Assembly: GCA_037447605.1 (NCBI GenBank)
Contig: CM074806.1
Location: forward strand, 3,286,001-3,350,000
Direction of reading: 5' to 3'
DNA length: 64,000 bases
From: Zygnema circumcarinatum SAG 698-1b
Taxonomy: Eukaryota > Plantae > Zygnematophyceae
Made by a program: the position numbers and the translations under genes
The notes under the pieces: generated by a model
Seen by the model: only the letters and a program-made list of their open reading frames with translations
Told to the model about the DNA's origin: nothing
The model's database searches: none
Part shown: in pieces, positions 1 to 12,429 of the stretch
Position numbering within the stretch: the first letter of the stretch is position 1
Layout of the letters: the number at the start of each line of letters is the position of its first letter

Positions 1-153
1 GAGAGAGAGAGAGGGAGGGAGGAGAGTGGGAAGTGAATCGGAAGAAGAGAGGTTGAGACGAGGAGGACAGGTTGAAACTTCCGGCATTGATGAAGTTTTT
101 GGTTTGTTTTTTTTTTTTGGTTTGGTTTTTGGTTTTTTTTTTCGGGATGGCAG

Positions 154-2976
154 ATGCTGCTGGCTGGGGAGGTGCCATCAGCCAATGCGGAAGCGCTTTT
201 CAGAGGATACAAGGCCCAAGCGGATGCTTTTCTCTGCCACAACGTGCCTGGAAGCCCAAAGAGGAGAGTTAGCCTCTCAAACGGTTAGTGCACTCGCTCT
301 TTGGCCCTCAATGCATGCGAAGTTTCTCTCCTAGGCCCCTTGATTGCATCTCTCCGAGCGCGGGGGTGACTTGATTTTGTAAATTTAGCTTGAATTCACT
401 CCGAACCCAAAGTAGAAGCTATGCTGAAGTGAGTGTAGTCTGACCATCCCTTCCTTAGGTTATGCTTTCTTTATGATTGGATCTCTCTGGCCTGTCTATG
501 TTGCAGAGGGTCTCATTTTAGTCAATGTAGTCAACAGCCAGTACGTCATCAACGCAGCCTTCCTTTCGTCAGTGTACGGCGACTATCTCGAAAGTGCGCA
601 TCAAAGTCTGGTCTGCCAGGATGGTGCAAGCCGTGCAACAATATCGCCGAATCAGATTTTTGCGTTTTCCAAAGGACAAGTAGGACGTCCTTCCATCTCT
701 CCCTCCACTATGTCCCTCCGCACAAGAACTCTTTGCTTACTCCGGTCTAGTGAAATGTTCGGAGTGATTGGCGCTTCACCTAAGGCCACCTTTTGTGCTG
801 TTCGTGATTTCTATGCAGATGGACTATCTTCTTGGCAAGAACAAGGCGGGATATTCGTACATGGTCGGGTTCGGTACCAACTACCCCCTTCGACCCCATC
901 ATCGCGGTGCCTCTCTTCCCAACATAAACACAAATCCCACTAAGATTACATGCGGTACGGGCGGGAATACCGACGGATATGGGAACTTCTACAACTCAAT
1001 GTCACCGAATCCGAATGTCCTTGTTGGCGCTTTCGTTGGCGGCCCAAACACTGTGAGTCACGCGAGCGAGATCTGTGTTAATTTTACGTATCTGAACATC
1101 AAAGAATCACTTACAGGCAAGCTTGATCTAAAATAACTTTTTGATGGCATCACCATCGTGAGATCAATGCCACATCCTCCCTTTTTTTGTTGCTACAGGT
1201 TAATGATGAGTACAGCGATTCTCGTGGCAATTACAACCAGGCGGAGCCAACCACATACACCAATGCAGGCTCCGTAGGCCTTCTAGCCAAGCTCTATGTC
1301 AAGTCGCTCCCACCGGGCCCGTCTCCTCCTCCTTCTCCCCCTCCCTCGCCTTTCCCTCCTCCAGCTCCACCATCGCCGCCACCCCCCCCATCCCCCCCAT
1401 CTCCGCCACCTTCTCCTCCCCCTCCGCCGAGTCCACCGCCGCCGCCTCCCTTTAAAGGTGAATGACTGTACACGTGTCCTTTCCGTTACCATTGTAATCA
1501 CAGTAAGACTTGTACCATGGGGTTACTGTCTACTGAAGTGGACTTCTTTTTGTTGCAGGTAGCATTGTCACAGTCGTTTGTGAAGTAAAAAACTCATGGG
1601 GTGATAACTTCAAGCAATGCGAGTGCGAAGTGAAGAACACGTCCCCAACAACAACTGTCTCCAACGTGCTTCTCTCTGTGACCGGATTTTCTCCCAGGGA
1701 GACGTGGAACATTTTCTGCGACGAAGTCACAAAGGTATGCAGTCTCCCGGCATACAGCGTAACGCTGGCGCCTGGAAAGGTGCACACCTTCGGGTTCGTG
1801 CAGCAGGGCGCAGCTCCCATATTCAAGGTCAGCTCCTACCAGGGAGGAGCCCCACCCTCTGCCTCGCCTTCTCCGCCTCCTCCGATGAAGACGACGCCCA
1901 CTCCTCCTCCTCCAAAGAAGAATAGGCGCTTCCCGCCTCCCCCAAAGAAAACTGCCCCACGTCCTCCATTGGCGCCGAAAGCATCTCCAACTCCACCAAC
2001 AAGGGCACCTTCTTCTCCACCGCCCCCATCTTCATTCCCTCCATATTCACCCCCTCCATCTTCGTCCCCTCCCTCGTCACCCCCTCCATCTTCATCCCCT
2101 CCATCTTCATCCCCTCCATCGTCACCCCCTCCATCGTCATCCCCTCCATCTTCATCCCCTCCATCGTCACCCCCTCCATCGTCATCCCCTCCATCGCCAC
2201 CTCCATCGCCAATGCGTCGTTCACCACCTTTACCTTCAACAATGACTTCTCCTCCGCCTCCGGGACCTACCGGTAAAGAGAATGATTCCTTTACTCTGAT
2301 AACTGAAACGTCACGGTTCCCTTCCATCAACTTTCAAGAACTTACAGAGTGATCCAGTACGGAGATATGTGCAGCCACTGTTGTTTTCAATCCCCGCATG
2401 TGCTCTTCTAATCGCGTAATTTTCCTGTCTGTCTTCTATTAAATCAGCTTGGCTAAAGCATTTGTTAGTAGTACCAATCTGGCACTCAATCGGCAGTGTG
2501 ATATCGCATTCTTACTGCCGTTACACTGTTGTTGAACTACCACTGCATAGTCATAATGCCACTTTCAATTCTTGACCCTGTTTGAAGGTCGAGCTGCCGC
2601 AGGTACTGTGCCTCAAGTGACGGTTTCAAGAATAATTCGATCACAGTGGGGCGATCATGGTTCGATTTTCTACACGGTGGACGTTGTGCTCACTAATAAC
2701 TTCCCCGGAAACATTAAGACCCTCATCGTCTACTCCACAAACTTCAAACCCACTGATAGTTGGAACATCTTCTCCACTTCCGAACCGAATCAGTACACAT
2801 TCCCCGACTGGGGCATCTTGCTCCAAGCCGGCGAAAGCAGGTCGGGCTCTTTTGGATACACACAAAAAGATGGGGTCGCCGACTTTGTTGTTATCTCGTA
2901 CACTACTGACACCGGAAAAACCTTTAACTTCGGCATTCCAGGTACTGACTTCAAACCTCCTTGGCCTGAATACTGA
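154..2976 (+). CDS. GH9 endo-1,4-beta-glucanase (class C-like) with two Pro/Ser-rich linkers and two CBM49 modules; 5' end outside window
   Basis: Spliced exons ~154-283, 507-679, 819-1052, 1199-1457, 1559-2272, ~2588-2976 (all GT-AG) give GH9 C-terminal motifs: DYLLGKN..YSYMVGFG..YP.RPHHRGAS, NPNVLVGAFVGGP, YSDSRGNYNQAEPTTYTNA. These are followed by SPPP runs and two repeats of the CBM49-like pattern (SW..., V.N, WNI, LP/FP.., FG(F/Y).Q). Confidence 0.93.
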
Positions 2977-4663
2977 GACTATTGTTCATGTTAAGGGCCT
3001 TGTTTTCTATTATATTCACTCTTTTCTTTTAATTTGCTTTTGGTTACAGGACGGTGACTCGCAAAGTGCATGACTTTAGCTAATTGTGGACCGGATCCAA
3101 TATTACGTCAAATGGTAATGCGATTCTGGCAGCCAAACGGGGTTCAGCGGCAGAAAGTGGGCAGCATGTTCAGCCGAACCCTCTTTCATTTCGCAAGTTA
3201 CTCGGTTTTGTCCCGGTAAATGAGTTCATATTTCGTGAACTACGCCTTTGCATCTGTATGCGCCATACAAAATGGACGCAGGAGACAGCTTAGTGCTTCC
3301 TAAAAAATAGATTTCGTTGAGGTTTGTCAAGTCGTTAGGCTGGGTTTTTTAAATAGGTTTTGTTTCGGCAGCTGATCCTGTGCTCAGCTGCCGCGATTTA
3401 TTATATGTTCCTTTATTGTATAGCACTTCATATTTAATGACGTTTGTTTATCCACAGTTATTCTGAGTTTTATTAACATACACATTTATTTCGCCTTTCG
3501 ACATTTTCATCGCAATCATGTGAGCGCGTGTTCTCTAGACTTTGGTCGTGAAGTGGATTCGTAATGTGTGGATTTCTCTTGGCCTGGACAAGACGTTCAC
3601 ATTCCTATTCTTTTGCGGAGCAAAAAACTGCATTTGCTTGTCTGCATTATGCTCTCACATATTTTATACATTAATCTCCCTCTTGCGTACGCAAGCACAA
3701 TTCACTATCTCCAGTTGTGCCATTCTGCTGACTATTTTCGCACCTGCTTCACCTCTCTAATCGCGTCAGTACCTGAGACTTGCGCTTCTCTCAGTCTCCT
3801 CACTCTTGCTGATTGCTAAATTGACAGAGGTGACTTGAAGGTGGTCTCCGTCAGTTAAGGTTCAAGGAAGTTGGTTTTTGTGAGTTGATGGGCACTCTTG
3901 TTGTCTCAACCGAGGCCCTCTCAAGCCTGCCATGGACGGCCAAACAGCTTTATTCGGAGACCATCTGGCCACTCGCCTCTGCCAGCTACTCCATGCGCTC
4001 GGCTAGTTCCAGTCAGACCGTTCCACTATAGTACTGATGAGCTTTGCCTGAAATTGCTCTGAGCACTGACCAAAATCGAGCTAACATCAGATGATCCCTC
4101 TGCCTCTTACGTCTTTGCCGGAGTATGATTCCCCCTACTCCTTTCCCAGCCCTAACACTTGCATCGCAGATTGGGAGATGCTGCGGCAAGTGTCATCTCA
4201 TGCAGGTTTCTTTAGAGGTAACTTTGCCAAACCCATTATGGCTGGTAGATAAGTGAGCAGCACATGGGATCCATGCACAACACTTCATACGGGTGGTTTG
4301 CCGGAACGTTCTGAAAGTTGTCCCCTTCAGGATCCTACAACTGTACAAGCGGCTCACTCATACAAGCCAATATTAAAAACCTAATAGACAATATAGACCC
4401 TCAAAAGGGTTTAAGCTTACAAACAACCGATCGAATTTTCAAATTATAAATGCCGGAGATTGCCCGATCATACCCATCTAAGATACCTAGACTGTGATAT
4501 GTTTCCAATATTTGCTTTCTGTGCACTAGAGACGGCTCAAATGTACAAAAACCCACAAGACCCCCTGTTTGCTCTCTCACCCGCGTTCGCACCCCTCACA
4601 ACAAATGCATTTCCCCCAGCGGCGATGCTCCCCTCCTGCTCGCCCCCGGGCCTCCTCCGGCTT

Positions 4664-6560
4664 CTAAAGCTCTCTGCTGAGCTCTCCCACCTCGTGGTAG
4701 CGACGCAGCAGCCGGCCAATGGTGGCCGTCAACCTGCTCTGATCTCGCGTTGGGAACTGTTCCACGCGGCAGCCGTCCTGCGCAGCTCCACAGCAACACC
4801 ACATACATGTATGAGATAACGCCGAAAATTCCTCCCACTCCCTTCACAGGATGATGACGATGATGTGACGTGTGTGCTCCGCCAGCAAAAAGTGCATACT
4901 CTAAGAGGCCGAATGCAAGAACATTCACTCTTAGACTTCCAAGCTTTTCCCTCAGTACCCACCATGAAGAACGTGAACATCGGCACTACTTTAATTTTGT
5001 AGAACCGTGCTATGTCCTGCACAACCAAACCGCAGTCTCGGGTGAGCCGGTCTTCCAAGTCCACGGCCTAGTGCTTGAAATGGCAGAGTGCCGACAGGCT
5101 TTGAAAATCAATGGAATATGCCACCCACCGTGAGGTCATCGTATTCATCCCTCACATTGTGCTTTATGAATCGGATGGCTCCCGGCTGCCCGTCCACTTG
5201 GCAGTCCTCGCCGCAGCCCTGCACTCTCTGACAGCGATTGTTTAGCACAGAAAAAAGAAAGGGGCAAGTCCACACGATGGAACATAGCAGGGTAGAACAG
5301 TTTGGGGGCAAGACATTGACTACGGATGAATTGAAATGAGAAAATGCACCTTTTTGCACATTTTGACAAACTGGGGTAGAATGTATTTACACGCGCCACA
5401 GGCTGAATTGTAGAAGTCAACGACCACCTGCACGTAATGCATGCTGATAAGTAAGAGAGAATGGTGAAAACGGACACAAAGCAAAAAATATATATAGAAA
5501 AATAACACAAATTTCCTATCCTTGTGTTCCATGCAGGCAAACATCCCGGAAGTAAGAAGAACAAAGAAGACCAATTGTTAAAAACGAGCAGGTGGATGGC
5601 AGAGTTCACCAGCTCATTCGCTGCTTCGGCCTCCTGCAGCTCACGCTCAAACTCAGAGAGAGAGCAGACCTCTCTCACGCAGTCCACCGGGCAGGACACT
5701 TCCGCCTCTGCTGTGCGGAGATCGCGCTCCTGCGCACACATTAGGGATAGAAATCCGGATGTTCGTTTGGAAAATCTCCTATTGGCTTCATCACACGGAA
5801 AAATGGACAGATAAAACTCACATGGCTCAAAAGAAGGGTGCCATCGTCGGCCCCAGCCATGCCAAGACTAAGACTTGTAGACACGCGGGCGCATTTGCAA
5901 CAGCAAACAACTTCGAAATGGTTTTAATCAATGAGCATGCATCTTATGTGAAATTTTACACTCAATTCTGTGCGAAAATCACACATGGAACATTGCCGCT
6001 GCGATGCTTTTTAGTTCCCCTTCAGCAGACGAAGAATAACTAAGTAATTAACTAATCAATTCTTTATTGATGACTCTATAATGGTTAGTTCAACGTTACG
6101 CCTGCTTCCAAACGCAAAGACACATCAAGGTTATTGAACATGTGCCCGGTTCACATAAAACTAAGGTGACGCCTACTCGTCGTCCTGTGTACACTTGAAT
6201 GAACCCTAGACACCCAAAACAGATAGAAATAATTACTCCCAATCCAGAAAGACTAAATTGGCTATGTGAAACCTAAATCACTCCCAGGACACGTGAAACT
6301 GCTTCATATCCAAAAAAATATCTTATAATCAACAAGATCCTCTTAGCAGCGTCTACCTGCTGCCTCCGAAATGATTCTTCTAAATGCCGCCGTCGATCTA
6401 TGTGTATTCCCGCTTTGACTGCCACGTGACGCACAGTTATTGGTCTGCTATTCAGTCTCCGAAGTCGAAGAGCTTCACCGAAGACCTCGGACTCAAATTT
6501 ACGTCGTTCTGCGGCTGGCCGAAGCCATGGCTGCCGAACTGCCGCAGTGAGCGAGCCCAT
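4664..6560 (-). CDS. Thioredoxin-like 4 / Lilium-type thioredoxin, chloroplast-targeted (CGAC active site)
   Basis: Exons (minus) 6560-6357, 5729-5610, 5427-5350, 5218-5129, 5016-4963, 4777-4664 give an Arg/Ala-rich transit-like N-terminus, then SCPVDCVREV...LVVVDFYNSACGACKYI...FIKHNVRDEYDDLTDIARFYKIKVVPMFTFF.DG.RVEQFPTRD. This is colinear with plant thioredoxin-like 4 as I recall it (VVVDFYRTACGSCKYI...KHNV.DEYDE...FATRD). Confidence 0.88.
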
Positions 6561-7582
6561 AAAGAAAACTCTCTCTCAGGAGTAAGGGATGACCTACCTA
6601 AGAAAGATGTAAAGTACGCTTTAGGTTCCCTCAACTGTAAAGTCAATTCGTTCACTTCCCCTGGTCTAATGAAAGCTTGATTTGTGAAAAGGTTGAGCGA
6701 GACTACCACTAGAAATTCAGCTCCCTATTTGAATACACAATTGATATAGAATTGGCCGACCCTCTCCGCGGCAGGCAGACGGCGGGGCAGGAAGAGGAGG
6801 GCGCTCGGCCTCACTTTGCGGAGGGGGCGCCGCAAAAGGCCCCGCGGAGCTCTCCCAGATATTTTCCGCCGCCCACGTGGCAGTGTCGGCGGCCCCTCCA
6901 CCCGCCATTGGCTGCCGCCGGCGAAAGTAAAAGGACGAAAGAGGAGGAGAGTTTCGGCCATGGCTTTTTTGTCACTCCCGCAAAGCTTATTCACGGGACA
7001 GATTGAGATTTGATTGAAGGGGGTAGGGCGTAAATACCACAAAAGAATCAAACAAAGGCTGTATTTGGTTAAACAAATATGTGAAATGAGTTGCTTTTGT
7101 ACTCACAATGGTCATGTTTTCATTTGTACAGAACTCTTAACTCTAACGACTAGTTGGCTTAACATTTCGGCTTTAAAAACTGATGCAAACTCTTCAAGTT
7201 TTGGAGATTGGATTTTACAAATCAATCAAAGCACTTTTTTTATTTGGCAATCATAGCATATAACTACTACTCACTAAAAGACCACAAAAAAGAAAGCTGA
7301 AATAAGAACCAATATTAGAAATGAAATAAAAAATAGTCTTATTCCCTTAATGATTCTAAGTTGAATAGAAGGGTTCTAAAACTGATGTAAACTACTAAAA
7401 AAGACCCTCGAAGACCATTCGAACTATCAAACTCGTCTTCTTCCCATCCAATTACTGAAAAGTCTGACTCAACACGGGGTTTTTAAACTAATTTAGTGGA
7501 CAACCCCTTATCTTAAGCCGAAATCCCGTATTTGAAGAGGCCGTCATCACTCATTAGTGGCCGGCTCCCCTCTAGTTCCCCA

Positions 7583-7633
7583 TGTTGTTGTTGTTGTTGT
7601 TATTGATATTGTTGTTGTTGTCGTTGTTATTGA

Positions 7634-7664
<31 letters not shown>

Positions 7665-7708
7665 ATTGATGTCTTTGTTGTTATTGTTGTTGTTGTTGTT
7701 GTTGTTGT
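7583..7708. repeat. Imperfect (GTT)n / (AAC)n microsatellite, intergenic
   Basis: Direct trinucleotide run with a few ATT/GAT/GTC interruptions. Confidence 0.95.
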
Positions 7709-7849
7709 CCATGGACATTTGAAGGCGTCGCCCTCGTGAGAACAATGCCAAATCCATTTCCAGCGATCCCACCTGTGGTAGACATGAAGAAAGTGGACTC
7801 GAGGATCCACCTAGTTGACGGATTTAGCTGTGCGGCCACAAGTGCGTGG

Positions 7850-8500
7850 TTGACTCGTTTTTGTGGACTCGACGCTTGTCCATGGCGGGACATGCCTGCT
7901 TGTCCTCTGGCGCGCGCCACGTGTCCCTCGTCCGCCGAAGCTTCTCGCAGCGCGTGTCCGCTGCCCGCCCCAAAAATAAACAAATCGACCTCAGCCGCGA
8001 CGCTTCCGCGCAAGTTCGCAGCTTCGTTCCGCTGCACTGCGATTGGCCGGACGGGCAAGAGTGCCACGTGGCAGGCCCCGCACAGGTCAGCAGCGTCAGC
8101 GATCGGCCCCGTGCGACCCCTTACGGCTTATTGCGACGGCGTGCAATACGCGGCGACAGGAGCAGCAGGACGAGGCTCCAAAAACGTTTTTTCCGCTGCC
8201 CGCACTGCCCGGACCAGCTCTGCGCGGGAAAAAAAGAATCAAGAGACTGTCTCACGCGTGCGAAATGATATGTTGTGGCTGCCCGTGCAGTCTCCGTCGA
8301 GCACGTCCCTCTGCCCGGAAAAGAACAACTTTGCCCGACTGCCCGGAAAGCGGACGGCGGGCGGCAGGTCGCGCGGGTCGAGACGAGAGTTGCCCCTATA
8401 AGGAGAGAAATGTTTTCCTTTTGGGGGGAAAGAGTTTGAACTCGTTTGGGCCGCTCAGCGTTCACCTTTAGGCGCGCGTTTGGAAAGTGTGGGGGAGTGC
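7850..8500 (+). promoter_or_regulatory. GC/CpG-rich promoter island upstream of the TMEM45 gene (G-box, CCAAT, TATA-like)
   Basis: GCCACGTGGC at ~8063, GATTGG at ~8041, CCTATAAG at ~8395; CpG-dense compared with flanks. Confidence 0.5.
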
Positions 8501-8973
8501 GAGGTAGGAACTGGGGCTTCTTAGTATTCTACCGAGTCTGCATATCAGTCTACATTGTCCATTATTAATAGAATATGGTTTTGTTCGACACGGCTTTTAG
8601 TGTTGCATTTTTCATGCCGTTTTACTTGTTGTGCAATGACCATGTGCCTCCTAAACAAAAAGCAAAGCGGCACCGACCCCCGCCCAAAAGGAAAGTAAAA
8701 AAATATTTTTAAGTTGTAAGCCACAGGTGGCACAGTTTTAGTGCCAACTTTGATCAGAAAAAAAGCCTTCGAGCCGGAGTACCGTGAGAGTAGCCTGGCT
8801 GCGAAAGAATAACTTGCTTTCAATGTCTGCAAAGAGTCAGCTTTTGCGTTTTTATGCTGAGTTCTTGCGTCATATTGAGCAAAATGAAGAGATAAGATGA
8901 TTTTTCAAGCTTGGAGCAGAATTGAGTAACCTCAAAATTGTGCCCTTCTGTGCAGAAGAGGAATTGAGTCTGA

Positions 8974-11364
8974 ATGGGAACACTGATAGGCCACGTCATC
9001 CCCGGGGCGGGCTTTGCTCTAATTGGCGTGTGGCACCTCTTCAACGTCATTCGGAGATTCTTGGACGACCCCCAAAACTTCCGAACCCGACCGTGGTTTC
9101 CGACAACCTTCTCCGGTGAATGGAAGTTTCTGGAACTCTACGCTATCATATATGGTGGGAAGGTTTCTCCGAATTCCCGGGCTATTTCTGTTTTTTTTTT
9201 GGTTCTCATTTTAACCCTGTTTTACGGTCTGAAGGCTTCCAGCATATCTAGGACCTCATTATGGTCTGCTGTGTATCGTTCCTGAGGAGTGAGGTTTAAA
9301 ATTTGGGAAATTTTATCCATGTTTTACTGCGTTCGAGTCCTGCTCAAAGCCGTCCTTTGGGAGGTGCCTGCAGGAGCCCTTTTGCACATGGCGAGTGAGC
9401 TCATCATCTTTCCGGCGAACCACCATCCGTTCGAAGCTGACGGTTCGATAGCGGTGAACCATCTCAACAACTTTGAACATGCATCAATGGTGAGCTTTTC
9501 TCCCTTCTGTACCCCCTCCCCCACTTCCTCCCCCTACCCCCCGCACTCACACCCCCCTCCCCCCCTTTTCTGTTTTTTTGTTTACGGACGATCGCAACTA
9601 GAAAGAGAGCACTTGTTTAAGCTACGGAAAAACTAGTTTCTGAAAGGGTACGAATGTGGATTGTCGTTGATTGTCCAAATGTTTACATTTGTGGCCTGCT
9701 TTGACGATGCGGTGCAGTCACTCTATTTTTTCATATACGGCATGATGGCGCTCAGCAGCGACGCGAAAAATAAATTTTCTTTGCCACATGGAATGCTGAA
9801 TATCTTCGCTGCTGCAGCACTTTTTATGGTAAGAATCGACCAGTTTCAGCCAGAATTCAGCTTCTTTGTTGTTCTCAATTTCTCCTAATCGATTGTCTGC
9901 GAATTTCTGCCCTTATGGGGTGTGCAGGAGCTTATGCTATTTCACTTCCACTCGGCGGATCATCTGGGAATCGAGGGCCACTATCACTTGCTCCTTCAAA
10001 TCCCTATCCTCATTGGTAAACACATTCCTTTGCAAGCACTTCATGACTTCACGTTTCATAGCGTTCAACTCTCTTCATTCTCTTTGCCTGTTTTTTGCTC
10101 TCTGCTCTGTTTGGTTGGTGTCTTTTTGCTACAGGCCTGCTATGTGTACTATTGGAACTCAGATACTCCCAAAGCGTTCTATTGACGATAGTACGCGCGA
10201 TGAGTTTCATGCTGCAAGGCTCGTGGATGTTTGAGATGGGCCTTATGCTTTGGATACCTGTATTTGTTCCCAAGGTCAGAAAGCGGCCCCTCTTATGTCA
10301 TTCTGTTTCAATTTTCAATCAAATCATTATAAAACATTATTCTAAGCAGCTTTTCCACCTGAATTTCCTTGGAGAGGGAAGTATATGGTGTTGCTGCTAA
10401 AAATGATGCACGGGTCTCGGAGAGAGTCTCAGAGTTAATGCCTTTTTTTCAATCATAGGATCAATACGTCTGTTCACATTGTTTTCGGAACGTGACATTA
10501 AATCGTTAGCATCAAAGCGCAAGCATGTGCATGTAGAACTTGCAACTAGTGATTTAAGTTGTAGTGTCTCTCCTCTTCACAATGACCATCAACACGCGTG
10601 CGCTGTCTTGGATATGAAGAAGAAATCACGTGGTATTTTAAGGACGAGGAACTTAAAAAAAAAACAAGCCGTGGCAGCAGAGTTGCTGTGGCGCTGAATC
10701 GCATACCTTCAATTGTTTGAAGCAGGGATGTAAAATGCTTTACGGGAATGAAATTGAGACAAGGGTTGGGAACGCGACTTCCGTGGCGGAATTGAACGCG
10801 CCAACCTTCCCTGCACCGTTGAATGCAATGGCTGATGCAAACTACATGGCACATGGATCGGCCATTTCAGCCCAGGCGGAGAGTCACATCGGAGTCGAGT
10901 GCAGCTCAGACATGTGGAACATGCGCGCAAAAGCTCTAGCAAATTTGCAGTTCAATTGGATCACAGCAGGTGTGCTTATTTTTTCTGCTTGTCTTTATGC
11001 GTTCATCGCTAGTCGGTCGGCAACCCATGACGTGGAAAATACGTTGCCGCAAAGAAAGCTGCCCTTTGAGAATGTGAACTACGAAACTGTGTCAGAGTTG
11101 AATGGTGGCAAGGCAGCTGAAATCACGGCAATTGACGAAGAGGAAAGAGGCCTTCTAAATCACGAACAGAACGTGGAGCTCCCGTCCTTGCGGCAGTTGC
11201 GGCTCAAACTCGACAGCTGGGAATCGTCTTCAGACTCACACAGTCAGGAGTCAGAGACGAAGGTTTCAATGAGCAGTACGAGTCCGCCACGTGGTACCTT
11301 GTGGAGCTATCACAGCGGGGAGGTCCATATTGGTGGTTTTCCGACCACAACCTTGAGTCGATAA
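8974..11364 (+). CDS. TMEM45 / DUF716 family multi-pass membrane protein
   Basis: Starts MGTLIGHVIPGAGFALIGVWHLFN; later exons give HLNNFEHASM, QELMLFHFHSADHLGIEGHYHLLLQ, LQGSWMFEMG..LW.P.FVPKGC and RAKALANLQFNW. Six exons, all GT-AG and phase-compatible. Confidence 0.92.
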
Positions 11365-11464
11365 GCAAACTGGCAAAGGTACTCGAAGTACGAAACGCGA
11401 TGAGGAAGGGAAAGAGAGCGTGGAGTGTACATTTGAGAACGACGGAACCAATTTCTGGCTAAAT

Positions 11465-11466
<2 letters not shown>

Positions 11467-11518
<52 letters not shown>
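11467..11518. repeat. (GA)n microsatellite in the presumed TMEM45 3' UTR
   Basis: Perfect dinucleotide run. Confidence 0.95.
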
Positions 11519-11520
<2 letters not shown>

Positions 11521-12429
11521 CAACCGAGGTCAGAGGAGATGCCACAAAGGCGATGGAAAGCGACACATTGGCAGTCAAATGGGCGGCTATCTAATCCTTC
11601 CTCTTTCTCAATTGTACCTTAGGTTAGCCCCTTCCATAATAATGTGAATGTTGTACTTGTAGCTTGCACTTGCGAAAGTAAGTGGTTTAGTGATACTTTA
11701 GTGGAAGGATGTCCCATAGTGACCATGAAGACAGGACGGATAATTCACGTGACTCTGTTGTGCAATTAAGCCCATGCCCTGTTAGGAATTGCTGAGAAGC
11801 ACAAACAAAAGGAAAGCCAGGAAGGAGGTTTCAGGGCGATCTGACATTCATGCCATGACAACGAAAGGAAGGGCACAAACACGCCCCAAATGTAGACTGG
11901 GCATGGCGTAGAAATTACATGTTTTACAAAGCAGGTCAGCTGCCCCCAACATTAATTTCCGAGAGGGTCAAGCAGGAAATCTAACCTTGAGTGGATGCTC
12001 CATTAGGTCTCCACTTGCTCCATCACCTCAGCTTGGGTACAGTTCGGGATGTGATGCAGAAGACGTACCTAGGGGTCAGCCATCTTTATTCCGCAGCCTT
12101 TCAGTGCAAGGTTGCCTATTCAACAACTTCTTACTAAACATTCCATGACTGAAGGAAATCTGATTTAAAAAGCTTCATGCCAGGCTCACTGCTTTGCTAC
12201 GCTCTCTCCAGACTCTGGCAAATTGGTCAGACCGGTGCTTGTTAGCAAAGCCTTCTGGAGAAAGTGGACAGTGAGGTCAAACATGCTTCGCATCAAAACG
12301 ACTAATCGCACAATGAGGCATAAGAAGTTGGACCTGAGAAGACGCTCTACCTTTTTGCCTCCACCCACTCTCCTCTCCCCTCTACCAACATAAATTATGA
12401 AGCCCTAGCCACATCTTCTGACAAAACCC

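Noticed and set aside
1829-2330. Antisense Gly/Asp- and MEG-repeat ORFs (similar ones over the His and Pro tracts at 31526-32324 and 48469-49377)
   Set aside because: Shadow frames of repetitive coding exons.
4030-4070. CTGATGAG...GAAA hammerhead ribozyme-like core
   Set aside because: Stems II and III cannot be paired and no cleavage-site triplet fits.
7547-7810. Poly-Thr/Val/Asn ORFs
   Set aside because: Translations of the (GTT)n microsatellite; no splice or domain support.
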